From contig CAWJBB010000030.1 of assembly GCA_963840855.1 (NCBI GenBank), forward strand, positions 32,001 to 96,000: 64,000 nt of DNA, read 5' to 3'. The notes below the pieces were generated by a model. The model saw only the letters and a list, made by a program, of their open reading frames with translations, searched no databases and had not been told where the DNA came from. Numbering within the stretch: position 1 is the first letter of the stretch; each line of letters opens with the position of its first letter. The translations under genes were made by a program, and so were the position numbers. Source of the stretch: an uncultured delta proteobacterium (GTDB lineage Bacteria; Desulfobacterota; Binatia; UBA9968). Below, piece after piece: positions 47,590 to 57,919 of this stretch.

Positions 47590-49311
47590 TTACGCTGAAA
47601 TCTCGTCTTCGCCGCCGGCATAGGCGTTTCTGATGTACTGCTCGATCATCCGTTGCGTGTTAAAGAACGAGCCGTTCAGGACGATGGCCGAACGCCTGAC
47701 TTCGGCGAATTTATCCGGTTCTCTGTAATACAGCGGCAGGATGACTTTTTCCAGTTTGTCGTATAGAGAAGCGGCTTCGGCCGAGGAATCGTTTTCCGTT
47801 CCGCTGGCGTCGCCGATGGACCAGCCGGTGACCCCCTCGACGTGCCCTTCGATCCACCACCCGTCGAGCACACTGAGGCTCGGCACGCCGTTGAGGGCCG
47901 CTTTCATCCCGCTCGTGCCGGAAGCTTCCTGCGGGCGCATCGGCGTGTTGAGCCAGGTATCGACGCCGGAGCAGAGCAGCCGTCCCAAATTCATGTCGTA
48001 ATTTTCCAAATAGACGACGCGCACAGTGTCGGAGAGCTCCGCCGCGGCCTCGAAGATGCGGCGGATGATCGCCTTGCCGTACTGATCTCGCGGATGGGCC
48101 TTGCCCGCATAGATCAGTTGTAGCGGTCCCGGGCCGCGGGCGATCCGTTTCAGCCTTTCCAGATCGGTGAACAGGAGATCACCGCGCTTATAGCCGGTGG
48201 CGCGGCGCGCAAAGCCCAGGGTAAAAATTTTCTCGTCAAGTTGCACCCCTGTGAGCCAGCGCACCTGTTGCAAAAGCTCTCTTTTCGCTTCGCTGTGAGC
48301 CGCGCGGATATCTGCGAGTGGCACGCCCAGGGCGTAGCGAAGATAATAATTGTCGCGACGCCATTCGGGAATGAAGCGGTCAAATAAGGCGCGCAACGGC
48401 GGGGCGGTCCAGGTGACGGCGTGAACACCGTTAGTAATGGCGCTTATACGGTGGCGCGGGAACATCGCGCGCGAAACCTCCCGGTGGCGGAGCGACACGC
48501 CGTTGATGAAACCGGATTGCTGTAAGGCCAGCTCGGTCATGTTCAGCGCGCCGTTCATGACCCGCAACTGCCTGAGTTCTTCGGCGCGCTCCGCGCCGAG
48601 CACCCCCTCTACCAGCTCCGAAGCAAAACAATCATGGCCCGCAGCCACCGGCGTGTGCGTGGTAAATACGCATTGGCGCCGCACGGATTCCAACTGCTCT
48701 TCGTCGAATCGACGAATCGCTTGGCCGCTCGCCGCTTGTTCCAGCAGAGCGAGTGTGACCAACGCCGAGTGGCCTTCGTTCATATGGTAAACGCTTAGAT
48801 TCGAGTAGCCCAGCGCGCGCAATATCGCGACGCCGCCAAAACCCAAGATGGTTTCCTGGCATAGGCGGTAGTGCTCGTCGCCACCGTAAAGGTGATCTGT
48901 GATCGCCCGAGCGCGGCGATCGTTCTCTTCTAAGTCGGTATCGAGAAAGATCAGCGGGACGAGATGGCCCGTGACACCGCGAATCGGGTAGCGCCAGGCG
49001 CGAATGCGTACTTCCCGGCCTTCCACCAGCACGGAAGCGCGGGCGGCCAACGACTCGAGCCGGCCTTCCGGCGACCAATGAGAAGGGCTTTCCGACTGGT
49101 TACCCTGGATATCGAGCCGCTGCTCGAAATAACCCTTGCGGTTCAGCAGCGTGACGGCTACCATCGGAAGCCGCAGATCCGCCGCCGAACGGACCATGTC
49201 GCCGGCCAAGATTCCCAATCCACCGCTATAAGTCGGAATCTCTGACTCGATGGCGATGTCCATGGTAAAGTAAGCGATGGTTCGGTTTGCTGAATCGAGG
49301 TCAGGCATCAT
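47590..49311 (-). CDS. glgP: Alpha-glucan (glycogen) phosphorylase
   Basis: YSGGLGILAGD, HMNEGH, TNGVH, ARRATGYKR, EASGTSGMK. Confidence 0.95.
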   Translation of the reverse strand: MMPDLDSANRTIAYFTMDIAIESEIPTYSGGLGILAGDMVRSAADLRLPMVAVTLLNRKGYFEQRLDIQGNQSESPSHWSPEGRLESLAARASVLVEGREVRIRAWRYPIRGVTGHLVPLIFLDTDLEENDRRARAITDHLYGGDEHYRLCQETILGFGGVAILRALGYSNLSVYHMNEGHSALVTLALLEQAASGQAIRRFDEEQLESVRRQCVFTTHTPVAAGHDCFASELVEGVLGAERAEELRQLRVMNGALNMTELALQQSGFINGVSLRHREVSRAMFPRHRISAITNGVHAVTWTAPPLRALFDRFIPEWRRDNYYLRYALGVPLADIRAAHSEAKRELLQQVRWLTGVQLDEKIFTLGFARRATGYKRGDLLFTDLERLKRIARGPGPLQLIYAGKAHPRDQYGKAIIRRIFEAAAELSDTVRVVYLENYDMNLGRLLCSGVDTWLNTPMRPQEASGTSGMKAALNGVPSLSVLDGWWIEGHVEGVTGWSIGDASGTENDSSAEAASLYDKLEKVILPLYYREPDKFAEVRRSAIVLNGSFFNTQRMIEQYIRNAYAGGEDEISA

Positions 49312-49742
49312 TTTACCTAATAAGCAGTTAGACGGTTAGATTCGTCAAAGGATTGGAAGATTTGTTCGGGGATGGCCAAGGATTAAACTAATTCATCCGA
49401 GATCGAGAAATTCTCGCCCATATAGCACGTCTCTGGAGCCATATTCAATGGATAATCCGATGTGATGCACAATCCGTTCCATCCATCGCTCTAAATGAAC
49501 GCCTTGTCAGCGTTTCACGCGTCGCTCGATTGGCCGCCTCCATTTTCCCTGTCTATTTGCGATTCAGGCGAAAATTACTGTGAGCAAAAGCCGCGTAAAT
49601 CATCAGCCTTAAGGCTCCTGACTATCCTCTCCGGGGTCACTGGCGAGGCAATTTTTTGGCATGCCTGTCAATCCTATGCCGCTCCATGACCGAATGGGGA
49701 AGTTTATAGGAAATCCTTGCCGCGCGGAGATATTCCGATTTA

Positions 49743-50454
49743 CTAAAGCCGGTAGGCTTCGCAAAGATTACTCCAGGCCGGGTAGCGGGCAAGATTACGA
49801 AGTACTGCAATCGTCGGTGGCATCATGGGGAACTTGCCTGATTCTGATTCTGCCAGCGCTTTCTCCGGAGTGACCCACAGACTCTCCGCCACCTCTTCAG
49901 AAGTTGGCAGTGGCGTCTGGTTTTTCGGCAATGCCGCAAGATAGAAGCGCGTGTCAAAGCGAATTTTGTAATGTTCCGGAGTGATTCGGTGATAGATATA
50001 TTTCAGCCGGCTAAGGTCGCAGGCGAGTCGTTCGGCAGCCAATAGACTCGACAAATTGAGTTCCCCTCGCTGCAACGCTTGGCGTTTTGATGCCAGCTGT
50101 TGGATAGGCGTCGTTTCGTCCATGCATTGCGCGCTGGGGTTGACGAAAAAATGGATCCCCGCTTCTTCGAACAATTCCCGCACCGCCGCCACCCAATGTC
50201 CCAAACAGACTTCCCCGTCCAGTTCCGACTCAAGTGCCGCCCGCGCCTCGATTGGCGCGAGCCCCTGGGTAAGCGCGACCATCTGCCTGTGAACAGTCAT
50301 CCTTTTCGACGCAGCCGCCGGGAAAAACGTAGACGCCGGCGTAGGTCTCCATTTTTTCCGGCCGCCGGTTCATGAACACTTCGAACCCGCCACCTTCGTT
50401 GGGACGAACTAAAACGACGGTCGAGGCTGGCAACGGATTAGCGGGTTGAGCCAT
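49743..50454 (-). pseudogene. NUDIX hydrolase (NUDT19-like) split by a frameshift near 50290
   Basis: PASTVVLVR...YVFPGG in one frame; AAVRELFEEAGI...RFDTRFY in the next. Confidence 0.8.
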
Positions 50455-50526
50455 GGGTGTTTAACTCCTCGATTTTAGGGACTTTGAAACCGTGCTGTCA
50501 GGCCGGCACGCCATCAAACGGCTGTT

Positions 50527-51300
50527 TCAATTGCGCGCTGATGGTTTGCCGATATGGATATGCGCGCCGGTGGAACTCCCTGGCATGCTGCCGCGAAAGG
50601 CGATGAACGGTATGCCTAATTGGCGCAGATATGATATCAACGAGCGCCCTTCGTTGCTGTCTGGATGGAGCGCCACATCCATCGCGTCACGATGGTCGAA
50701 ACGCAGGCGGTCATGCGCCGGTGACTGGCCAAAGGCACTAACCGGCAAGGTCTTGCTAAAGGTCTCGGAGAAAAACCTTTCGATCTTCGGCGCCTCCGCC
50801 AACGACCACAAGGCGCCGCCGTTGAAACGAATCAGCGCGCCGCCTTCGCTATAGCCGCCGCGGGCAAGCCGTGGCAAACGGAATAACTCATCGCGCAGTG
50901 TCACCTCGGCGATCGCGATGTCGTCTTCCAAAATCCAGCGCTTCACGTCCATGATATTGCGAATGGATGTCAAAAGCGCCTGTTGCACCGGCGCCACCTC
51001 ATCCCTCGCGATCAAACCCTGTTGGTAAAGATCCCGGCGCTTCTCGAATTGTTCACTTAGTCGCTTTTTTTCCTCTTCGTAAAGGCTAAGAAGCTGATCA
51101 TATCTCGCACGCGATTCTTTCATCTTGGCAATCGCGTCCGCCCGAAGGCGCACCAGCTCGGCATTGGTGCCTGATGCAGCACTCGACGATGCCGCGCGGC
51201 GTGGCGCCTGGTTGCCGGAATCTTGCGCCGCCTGCGCAAAGGCAGCGCACACTCCTAGATACAATAAAGCTAACCAAACACTGGGGCGTCGAAAAATCAT
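50527..51300 (-). CDS. Secreted coiled-coil protein with a C-terminal H..D..HxH domain
   Basis: Signal peptide; FDHRDAMDVALHP...TGAHIHIG. Confidence 0.7.
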   Translation of the reverse strand: MIFRRPSVWLALLYLGVCAAFAQAAQDSGNQAPRRAASSSAASGTNAELVRLRADAIAKMKESRARYDQLLSLYEEEKKRLSEQFEKRRDLYQQGLIARDEVAPVQQALLTSIRNIMDVKRWILEDDIAIAEVTLRDELFRLPRLARGGYSEGGALIRFNGGALWSLAEAPKIERFFSETFSKTLPVSAFGQSPAHDRLRFDHRDAMDVALHPDSNEGRSLISYLRQLGIPFIAFRGSMPGSSTGAHIHIGKPSARN

Positions 51301-51637
51301 GCCTTGACTCTACGTCGAAAAATCCCGTACAGGCAAATTTTATGGGCTCTTATTGGTTGGGTCAAGAGCATGCAGGGGGCCCATAAACCTGGACGGTGCG
51401 GAGCCAAGGCCCAATAACGATCTCGTTTGATTCTATGGAAACCCCGCCTCTTGAGGCGGCAACAACATTGCGGGGTTTCCAAAGGGAGCCAGCATCCCCT
51501 TTGCGATATTTTAATTGGCGGCGGGATCAAAACCCGCCCGCGAATTGGCTACGTTTATTGGAAGCGCCGATCTTGAAAGTGGCCTGGCATAGAGTCGCTA
51601 ATTCCACGCCAGGCCGCCGCTGCAATAACCGGTCCCG

Positions 51638-52621
51638 TCACGCCGATTCGAGCAGACCGCGTCGCACTAGATCCTGTGCCAACTTCACCTTGTAGACGTT
51701 GTCCTTCAATGGCTTAGCCCCTTCGAGGGCAATGACACCGGCTTGCTGGGCGACGGTGTCGTCGATCTTCTTGCCACGCAGGAAGGATTCGGCTCCTGGC
51801 GCGCGCCAGGGGATCGGCGCGACGCCGCCGAGGACCAGGCGTGCGTCGCGCGCTACGCCGCCGCTGCTTTGGACGACGGTAGCGACGGCGACGATGGCGT
51901 GATCCCAGGCCTGGCGCTCGCGGACTTTATGATAGTAACCTTTGCTACCGGCTTTCGGTGTCGGAACGAAAATCTCTGTGACGATTTCGCCGGTCTTGAG
52001 AACGTTTTCTCGTCTATAGTCCACCGATGGCAGCACGAAAAATTTCTCTAGGGGAATGGCTCTTTCACCCGCTGGCCCGGCGATCTTAATCTGCGCATCC
52101 AGTGCTACCAGCGCCGGGGCGGTATCCGACGGGTGGACAATGTAGCTCGGCCCGCCGCCCAGGATGGCGTGAAAACGGCCGTCGCCGGTCACGGTGTAAC
52201 AGAGCTGGCCGCCTTTTCGCAGGCAGTTGAAGTTTGAAGAGCGAAAATACCAGCAGAAGGGTCGCTGGCAGATGTTGCCGCCGATGGTGCCGGCGTTGCG
52301 AATCTGCGGCGAAGCTGCTTCACCCGCTGCCGTCGAGAGAATCAGCAGCTTATCACGCACGCCCGGATGATCTTCTACATCCGCCAGGGTTGTCAGCGCG
52401 CCGATACGAAAACCGCCGCGCTCCTCTTTGATCGTATTCAAACCGGGAATGGTTTTGAGGTTGATAACATAGTCGGGAGCCAGAACATCGTCTTTCACGA
52501 GCTGTAACGCTTCGCTGCCGCCGCCGACCACCAGGGCCGGCTTTTTTTCCTGATGGAATTTTTGCAGCAGCGCGACCGCCTGACCTACGCTTTTGACATC
52601 GATATTTTCAAATGACTTCAT
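51638..52621 (-). CDS. Xanthine dehydrogenase family FAD-binding subunit (PaoB/YagS-like)
   Basis: ASPQIRNAGTIGGN; Cys-rich insert CWYFR...C.RKGG..C. Confidence 0.92.
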   Translation of the reverse strand: MKSFENIDVKSVGQAVALLQKFHQEKKPALVVGGGSEALQLVKDDVLAPDYVINLKTIPGLNTIKEERGGFRIGALTTLADVEDHPGVRDKLLILSTAAGEAASPQIRNAGTIGGNICQRPFCWYFRSSNFNCLRKGGQLCYTVTGDGRFHAILGGGPSYIVHPSDTAPALVALDAQIKIAGPAGERAIPLEKFFVLPSVDYRRENVLKTGEIVTEIFVPTPKAGSKGYYHKVRERQAWDHAIVAVATVVQSSGGVARDARLVLGGVAPIPWRAPGAESFLRGKKIDDTVAQQAGVIALEGAKPLKDNVYKVKLAQDLVRRGLLESA

Positions 52622-52636
52622 CGGTTTCTTCCTCCA

Positions 52637-54850
52637 TCAGACCTGGCGCGCCTGCAAGATCTTGTCTGGTGTAATCGGCAACTCTTTGATCCGCCTTCCC
52701 GTGGCGTTGAAGATTGCATTGGCGATGGTCGCCACAGCGGGCGTGATCGGCGGCTCGCCCACTACTTTGCCGCCGAAGGGACCGAAGGGGTCTGGATGCT
52801 CGATAAAGATCACCTCGACCTCGGGCGCTTCCAGATGAGTCGGAACTTTGGCGTCGCGATAGTTGGGGTTGATGGGAATGCCGGTCACGCGGTCGGTGAT
52901 CAACTCCTCGGTAAAAGCCATGCCGATTCCCTGTACAATGCCGCCCTTGATCTGGCTCTCGGCGGCAAGCCGGTTAATGATCGTGCCGGAATCATGGGCC
53001 GCGACGTAGCGCGTAATGCTCACGTGGCCGGTCCAGGTATCGACTTCCACCTCGGCGAAATGCGCCGCGAAGCTTTTGCCTTCCACGTCTTTGAACGACG
53101 GGTTTGTCGTCGCGCGGCCGATGAGTTCACCGGCTCGTGAAACAACGCGCGCCAGTGGAAGCTTGCGTGAGGGCTCGGTCTTGACGAAAACTTCGCTGTT
53201 TCGCAGGTCCAATTCTTCCGCTTTAGCTTTTAATTGCCCGGCCGCAAGAGCAAAAATTTGCCGCCGCGCATCTTCGGCGGCGGCGATTACCGCCGGTCCG
53301 GTAAAAGGGGTCGTTCGGCTACCCGACTCGCCGACGGAATAAGGCGTCACATCGGTGTCACCGTTGGTAACCTGAAACTGATTGAGCGGAACACCGAGGG
53401 CCTCCGCGGCGATGATCGCCATGGTGGACTTGGCTCCGGTGCCGATGTCTGTGACACCGACTAAGAGATGCGCCGTGCCGTCGGGATTGACACGAATGGT
53501 CGCGGCCCCAAGGCCGGGCCGGAAAGGATATCCCCCCAGCGCCATACCGATGCCGTGCTTCTTAGCATCGCCCATGGCGCCCGGTTTATGCCATTTTTCT
53601 TGCCAGCCGATGCGCTTCGAACCTTCGACGATGCACTCGTCTAAATGATTTGAGGTGAATGGAATCTTGCTCTTGTACTTTTGAATCCGGTTCTTCGTGA
53701 ACATGTCGAGCGGGTTGAGACCCATCTCGTGGGCGATGTGATCGAGAAATGACGCAAAGCCGAAAACCGACTGCGGGTACGCCGGCGCGCGGTAGTTGGC
53801 GCCCACCACCGTGTTGGTGTGCACCGGTTTTATGTGCTTCTTGAAATTGGCGATCTGATAAAAATCGGTGCCGCTTAGGTTGCCGCTGGACTTCCGATAG
53901 GCGCCGACGTTGGTGACCGCGTCGAGGGAAACGGCCGTGATAGTGCCGTCTTTTTTCACGCCGATTTTGTATTTTTGCTCGGATGCCCAGCGGCCATGCA
54001 TGCCGATGTAGTCATCCTCTCGGGTGAACTCCAGTTTCACCGGCTGGTTGCAAATCCTGGCAAGCGCCGCCGCCATGTAATCGTAATCCTGCGCCTGGTT
54101 TTTGTTGCCGAAGCCGCCGCCCATATATTTGCACACGATGCGCACTCTGCTGAGCGGCAAATTAAAATCTTTAGCGATGTCCGTACGCGCATTGGAAACT
54201 CCCTGGGTGGAGGCGTACACGGTCAATTTGCCGGAATCCCATTTGGCGATGCTGACGCGCCGCTCGAGCTGCGCGTTGTTGGTATGCTTGGTAATGTAGG
54301 TATCTTCGAAAACCCGGTCCGCATCCTTGAAGCCCTGGTCGAGGTCGCCCCACGATTCTTCAATGGGGGCGCTGAAGTTGCCCTTGCCGACGGATAGATT
54401 GCCGTCGGTGGATATCTTCGGCGCGTCGGGCTTGAGCGCTTCATTAGCATCGAACACATGGGGCAACTTTTCATATTTGACTGCGATCAGCGCCAGCGCC
54501 TGCTCGGCGATATGCCGGTCCGTTGCCGCCACCGCCGCCACCGCGTCGCCGACGAAACGAACCGGGTTGTTAAAAATGAAGCGCGGGTGCGTGTGGCCGC
54601 CGCTGGACCAGGGAATCATCGCGTTGCCATGATGAATCACTGCCTTCACCCCCGGCAGTTTTTCGGCCTTGGATGCATCGATGCCGATGATTTTGGCGTG
54701 CGGGTGCGGGCTGCGCAAAACGCGCGCGTAGAGCATGCCCGGCAGCTGAATGTCGCCTGTATATTGCGCCTGACCGGTGACGCGTTCGTAGGCGTCGATA
54801 CGCGGGATTTTTTTGCCGACGACGGAAAATTCTTTTTGTGCCTGTGCCAT
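52637..54850 (-). CDS. Xanthine dehydrogenase family molybdopterin-binding subunit
   Basis: GGGFGNK, YRAP, GESGSR, QIKGGIVQGIG, VGEPP. Confidence 0.94.
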   Translation of the reverse strand: MAQAQKEFSVVGKKIPRIDAYERVTGQAQYTGDIQLPGMLYARVLRSPHPHAKIIGIDASKAEKLPGVKAVIHHGNAMIPWSSGGHTHPRFIFNNPVRFVGDAVAAVAATDRHIAEQALALIAVKYEKLPHVFDANEALKPDAPKISTDGNLSVGKGNFSAPIEESWGDLDQGFKDADRVFEDTYITKHTNNAQLERRVSIAKWDSGKLTVYASTQGVSNARTDIAKDFNLPLSRVRIVCKYMGGGFGNKNQAQDYDYMAAALARICNQPVKLEFTREDDYIGMHGRWASEQKYKIGVKKDGTITAVSLDAVTNVGAYRKSSGNLSGTDFYQIANFKKHIKPVHTNTVVGANYRAPAYPQSVFGFASFLDHIAHEMGLNPLDMFTKNRIQKYKSKIPFTSNHLDECIVEGSKRIGWQEKWHKPGAMGDAKKHGIGMALGGYPFRPGLGAATIRVNPDGTAHLLVGVTDIGTGAKSTMAIIAAEALGVPLNQFQVTNGDTDVTPYSVGESGSRTTPFTGPAVIAAAEDARRQIFALAAGQLKAKAEELDLRNSEVFVKTEPSRKLPLARVVSRAGELIGRATTNPSFKDVEGKSFAAHFAEVEVDTWTGHVSITRYVAAHDSGTIINRLAAESQIKGGIVQGIGMAFTEELITDRVTGIPINPNYRDAKVPTHLEAPEVEVIFIEHPDPFGPFGGKVVGEPPITPAVATIANAIFNATGRRIKELPITPDKILQARQV

Positions 54851-54862
54851 GACGACCTCCTG

Positions 54863-55480
54863 TTAGCGAGCCTTCGCCGCGGCGAGTACCGCCGCGACCT
54901 CGCGGTTGTAGTTGCCACAGCGGCAAAGATTGCCCGATAGCCCGCGCCGCACTTCGGCTTCCGTCGGATTGGGCTTCTTCAGCAGCAATGCCTTGCCCGA
55001 CATGATCTGCCCCGGCGTGCAAAAGCCGCACTGCGGGCCGTCATGTTCGATAAATGCCTCCTGGACCGGATCGAGCTTGTCGCCCTTGGCCAGGCCCTCG
55101 ATGGTGAGAATCTCTTTGCCCTCCATCCACACCGCCAGCTGGCTGCACGAATACAGGTTGCGGCCGTTGATCATCACGGTGCAAGCGCCGCACTCGCCGC
55201 GGTCACAGCCGATCTTGGTGCCGGTGAGGCCGAGCTGGTCGCGCAGCACTTCGGCAAGCGTATTTCGGTGCTCGACTTCGACTTTATAATTCTTACCGTT
55301 GACTTTTAGGCTGAGAGTCGACCTCCCCCGCGCCGTCCCCACCGCTTCTTGGGTATAAGCCTCGACCTCGTCGGGCTTGACTAACCCCGTAGAGACCACG
55401 GCGGTGCCGATGGCCCCGCCGCCGATGCCTTTGAGGAAATCGCGCCGCGATACCCCTTTGCCATTTCTTTCTGCTTCCAT
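54863..55480 (-). CDS. [2Fe-2S] subunit with a Tat signal (PaoA/YagT-like)
   Basis: SRRDFLK; GCDRGECGACT; QCGFCTPG; CRCG. Confidence 0.94.
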   Translation of the reverse strand: MEAERNGKGVSRRDFLKGIGGGAIGTAVVSTGLVKPDEVEAYTQEAVGTARGRSTLSLKVNGKNYKVEVEHRNTLAEVLRDQLGLTGTKIGCDRGECGACTVMINGRNLYSCSQLAVWMEGKEILTIEGLAKGDKLDPVQEAFIEHDGPQCGFCTPGQIMSGKALLLKKPNPTEAEVRRGLSGNLCRCGNYNREVAAVLAAAKAR

Positions 55481-55620
55481 AATATGCTTGCCTCCTTCGC
55501 TCCCTGTTAACAGGAATTGATTTGGGAGTGATCAAAGCTTCCACGGAACGGGTATCGCTGTCAATGGAAAAATTCGCCTTGCCGCCTCGGAGCAAAATCG
55601 CTAAACTTCCCCGCAAAGCC

Positions 55621-56547
55621 ATGGCGGACGAAACCCGGCTCATTTCCGAAGGCGCAGCACTCGATGAGTTCCTCGACGAACTTCAACGGGAACAACAGGT
55701 TAAAGAGATCGCTGGTTGGGATACCGCTTTTGCCAATCTCACCCGCGCCCTGGACGGCATCCTTCCCGGTCTTTATCTGCTTGTCGGGCCGGCGGCCTGT
55801 GGAAAGACGTCATTCGCCAAACAACTGCTGGATCAGGTGGCCATGCGTAACGATGCCATCGGAATTTTCTTCAGCTTCGCCGAATCCAAGAATGAACTAA
55901 GAATCAAAACCCTCGCGCGCTTGAGCGGCATCGAGACCAGGGAGATACGCCGCGGCAGCGCCTATCTACTCCATTGGTACGGCGTTCCTCGGCTACGCGG
56001 CAATGAAACCGAGCAACTCTCGCCCAGTTGGGAGAGGGTAAGACACGCCGCCGAAGGCGCGAGGACCTGGTTGGATTCGATATTTTTGCTGGAGTGCGGC
56101 GCGGGCACGACAACGGCAGCGTTGGAGGCGCATATGCGCGAGACTCGCGCGACAACGAATAAGCGAAAAATTATCGCTGTGATCGACGACTGTCAACGGC
56201 TTGGCGGCGATCAACCGTTACAAGCGCGCCTCCCGCTGGTGACCGAGCGGTTGCAGTCGCTGGCCAAGAATACGAACGCGGCGCTGCTTGCCGTCTGGCC
56301 CGACCTCCGGGAAAACGGAGAAATTGCACCGCAAACATGGGCCGAAAGAGCGTTGGGAACTGACGTCGTCATGGTCATGGAAGCCGACCCGGAGCGAACC
56401 AAGAAGCTTACAGAGCCCAATCAGGCGCTGATCCTCAACATCGTCAAGAATCGAGGTGGAGAAAGGGGTAAATTGGCCTTCGACTTTCTGCCCGCTTTCT
56501 CGCGGTTCGTCGAGGCGGCTGAAAATCGACAAACTCGCTCGCTATGA
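55621..56547 (+). CDS. DnaB-like RecA-fold ATPase, C-terminal domain only
   Basis: Walker A GPAACGKT, Walker B VIDD, KNRGGERG. Confidence 0.8.
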   Translation: MADETRLISEGAALDEFLDELQREQQVKEIAGWDTAFANLTRALDGILPGLYLLVGPAACGKTSFAKQLLDQVAMRNDAIGIFFSFAESKNELRIKTLARLSGIETREIRRGSAYLLHWYGVPRLRGNETEQLSPSWERVRHAAEGARTWLDSIFLLECGAGTTTAALEAHMRETRATTNKRKIIAVIDDCQRLGGDQPLQARLPLVTERLQSLAKNTNAALLAVWPDLRENGEIAPQTWAERALGTDVVMVMEADPERTKKLTEPNQALILNIVKNRGGERGKLAFDFLPAFSRFVEAAENRQTRSL

Positions 56548-56930
56548 TAGCGCGCAGTTGCCGCGCCGATCCGATCTCCTCGATTCGGTATTTAGCCTGC
56601 TGGAGAATCATGCTCTGCGCGCCGTCACCTCGGCCGTGACAATGGCGGAGATTCTTAAAAAGCCGTTTGCCGATTAAAAACTTCTCTCTGGCCGATGAGA
56701 TCAAGTTCACGCTTCACTCTTTCTCTTGGCTTTCCGTCGCGTCGATCGACGCGAGGCCGGCGGAAACTGCGGCGCTTATTCGAGCACGCTATGCCATCCG
56801 CCTGCCCGACGCGCTGCAGTTCGCCGCGGCGGTCCAAGCAGAAGCCACCCTGTTTTTGACCAACGATAAACGAGTAAAAAAAGTCGAAGCGGTTGAAGTG
56901 CTGGTGCTGTCCGACTTTCTTCAAAGCTGA
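56520..56930 (+). pseudogene. Degenerate PIN/VapC toxin
   Basis: AVTSAVTMAEILKKPF, frameshift near 56673, then IRLPDALQFAAA...FLTND; the N-terminal DT motif is missing. Confidence 0.7.
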
Positions 56931-56935
56931 GAACA

Positions 56936-57715
56936 TCAAGCTTCCGGTGAGAATTTTTGGTGGGGTTCTATAAGCGGCGACTCCCACTGGTAGCATCGAA
57001 TCGGGCGCGGATCGCCCTGTACTACTAGTGCCCCCTGGTATCCGACACAAAGAGTAAGCTCGGTTAGAGACCAGTCGGGCACGCTCGCATTAATCCGTAC
57101 CTGTTGATCAGCAGCCAGGGTAATTACAACTTCATCGAGCTTGCCCGACAAGCCCGTACCCTTAGCCTTTAAGAACGCTTCTTTGCTGGTCCAACATTTG
57201 AAGAAAGCTTCGCGCTGAAGCGTTTGCGGCAACTCGCATAGCGCCGCGACTTCTTTGGTGGTAAAGAACCGCCGGGCAAGCTCGTCGAAAGAAAATTGCC
57301 TCTTGACGAATTCCACATCGACGCCCACCGCTCTCTGCCGAGCGACGGCAACCAATGCGACCTCGTGGGAGTGGGAGAGATTGAACTCCAAACCGCCTGC
57401 GGCTTGTGGCGGAGCGAGCGCGGGTTTGCCTTGAGGTCCTGAGACAAAGTGAATCTCATCCGCGGCAACTCGCAGGTATTTAGCCAATAGCGAGCGCAAA
57501 GCGACATGGGCGGCGATATAAAGCCGGCGGTCTTTAACGAACTTGAACCGCGCGGCTCGCTCTTTCTCCTCTTCCGATAGGGACGTGGCCAAAAGGTCAG
57601 GGGGAATATCTTTCGCGCCAGCATTAACCAACCAGACATGAACTTCGTCGTCGTTCAGTTCGACGGCGTTAGGTGGCAAAGGCCAAAGGTTATCGGAACA
57701 TTCCGCGGCGGCCAC
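56936..57715 (-). CDS. Sfp-type 4'-phosphopantetheinyl transferase
   Basis: GKP, FNLSHS, VGVDVE, WTSKEAFLKAKG. Confidence 0.93.
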   Translation of the reverse strand: MAAAECSDNLWPLPPNAVELNDDEVHVWLVNAGAKDIPPDLLATSLSEEEKERAARFKFVKDRRLYIAAHVALRSLLAKYLRVAADEIHFVSGPQGKPALAPPQAAGGLEFNLSHSHEVALVAVARQRAVGVDVEFVKRQFSFDELARRFFTTKEVAALCELPQTLQREAFFKCWTSKEAFLKAKGTGLSGKLDEVVITLAADQQVRINASVPDWSLTELTLCVGYQGALVVQGDPRPIRCYQWESPLIEPHQKFSPEA

Positions 57716-57745
57716 GTCAATATACCTTTCCTTGTGAAGAAAGAA

Positions 57746-57911
57746 TTCACCACGAAGGCATGAGCTTACGCTCGCCCACAGATCACGAAGGGATGGAGAG
57801 ATTCCATTTTCCTAGCAACTTTGTGTTCCTTCTCGTACGCCGTGCCTCTGCCGGTCAGATCATCTTCCATTCCTTTCGTTGCGGCTTCGCTCGCTGGGCC
57901 TTCGTGGTGAA
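57746..57911. repeat. Miniature element with 13-bp terminal inverted repeats
   Basis: TTCACCACGAAGG ... CCTTCGTGGTGAA; same family as 9291-9367. Confidence 0.7.
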
Positions 57912-57919
57912 AAGCTAAC

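Noticed and set aside
49560-49680. Possible riboswitch upstream of glgP (GCTGATGA motif on the minus strand)
   Set aside because: The rest of the fluoride or c-di-GMP riboswitch consensus is absent.
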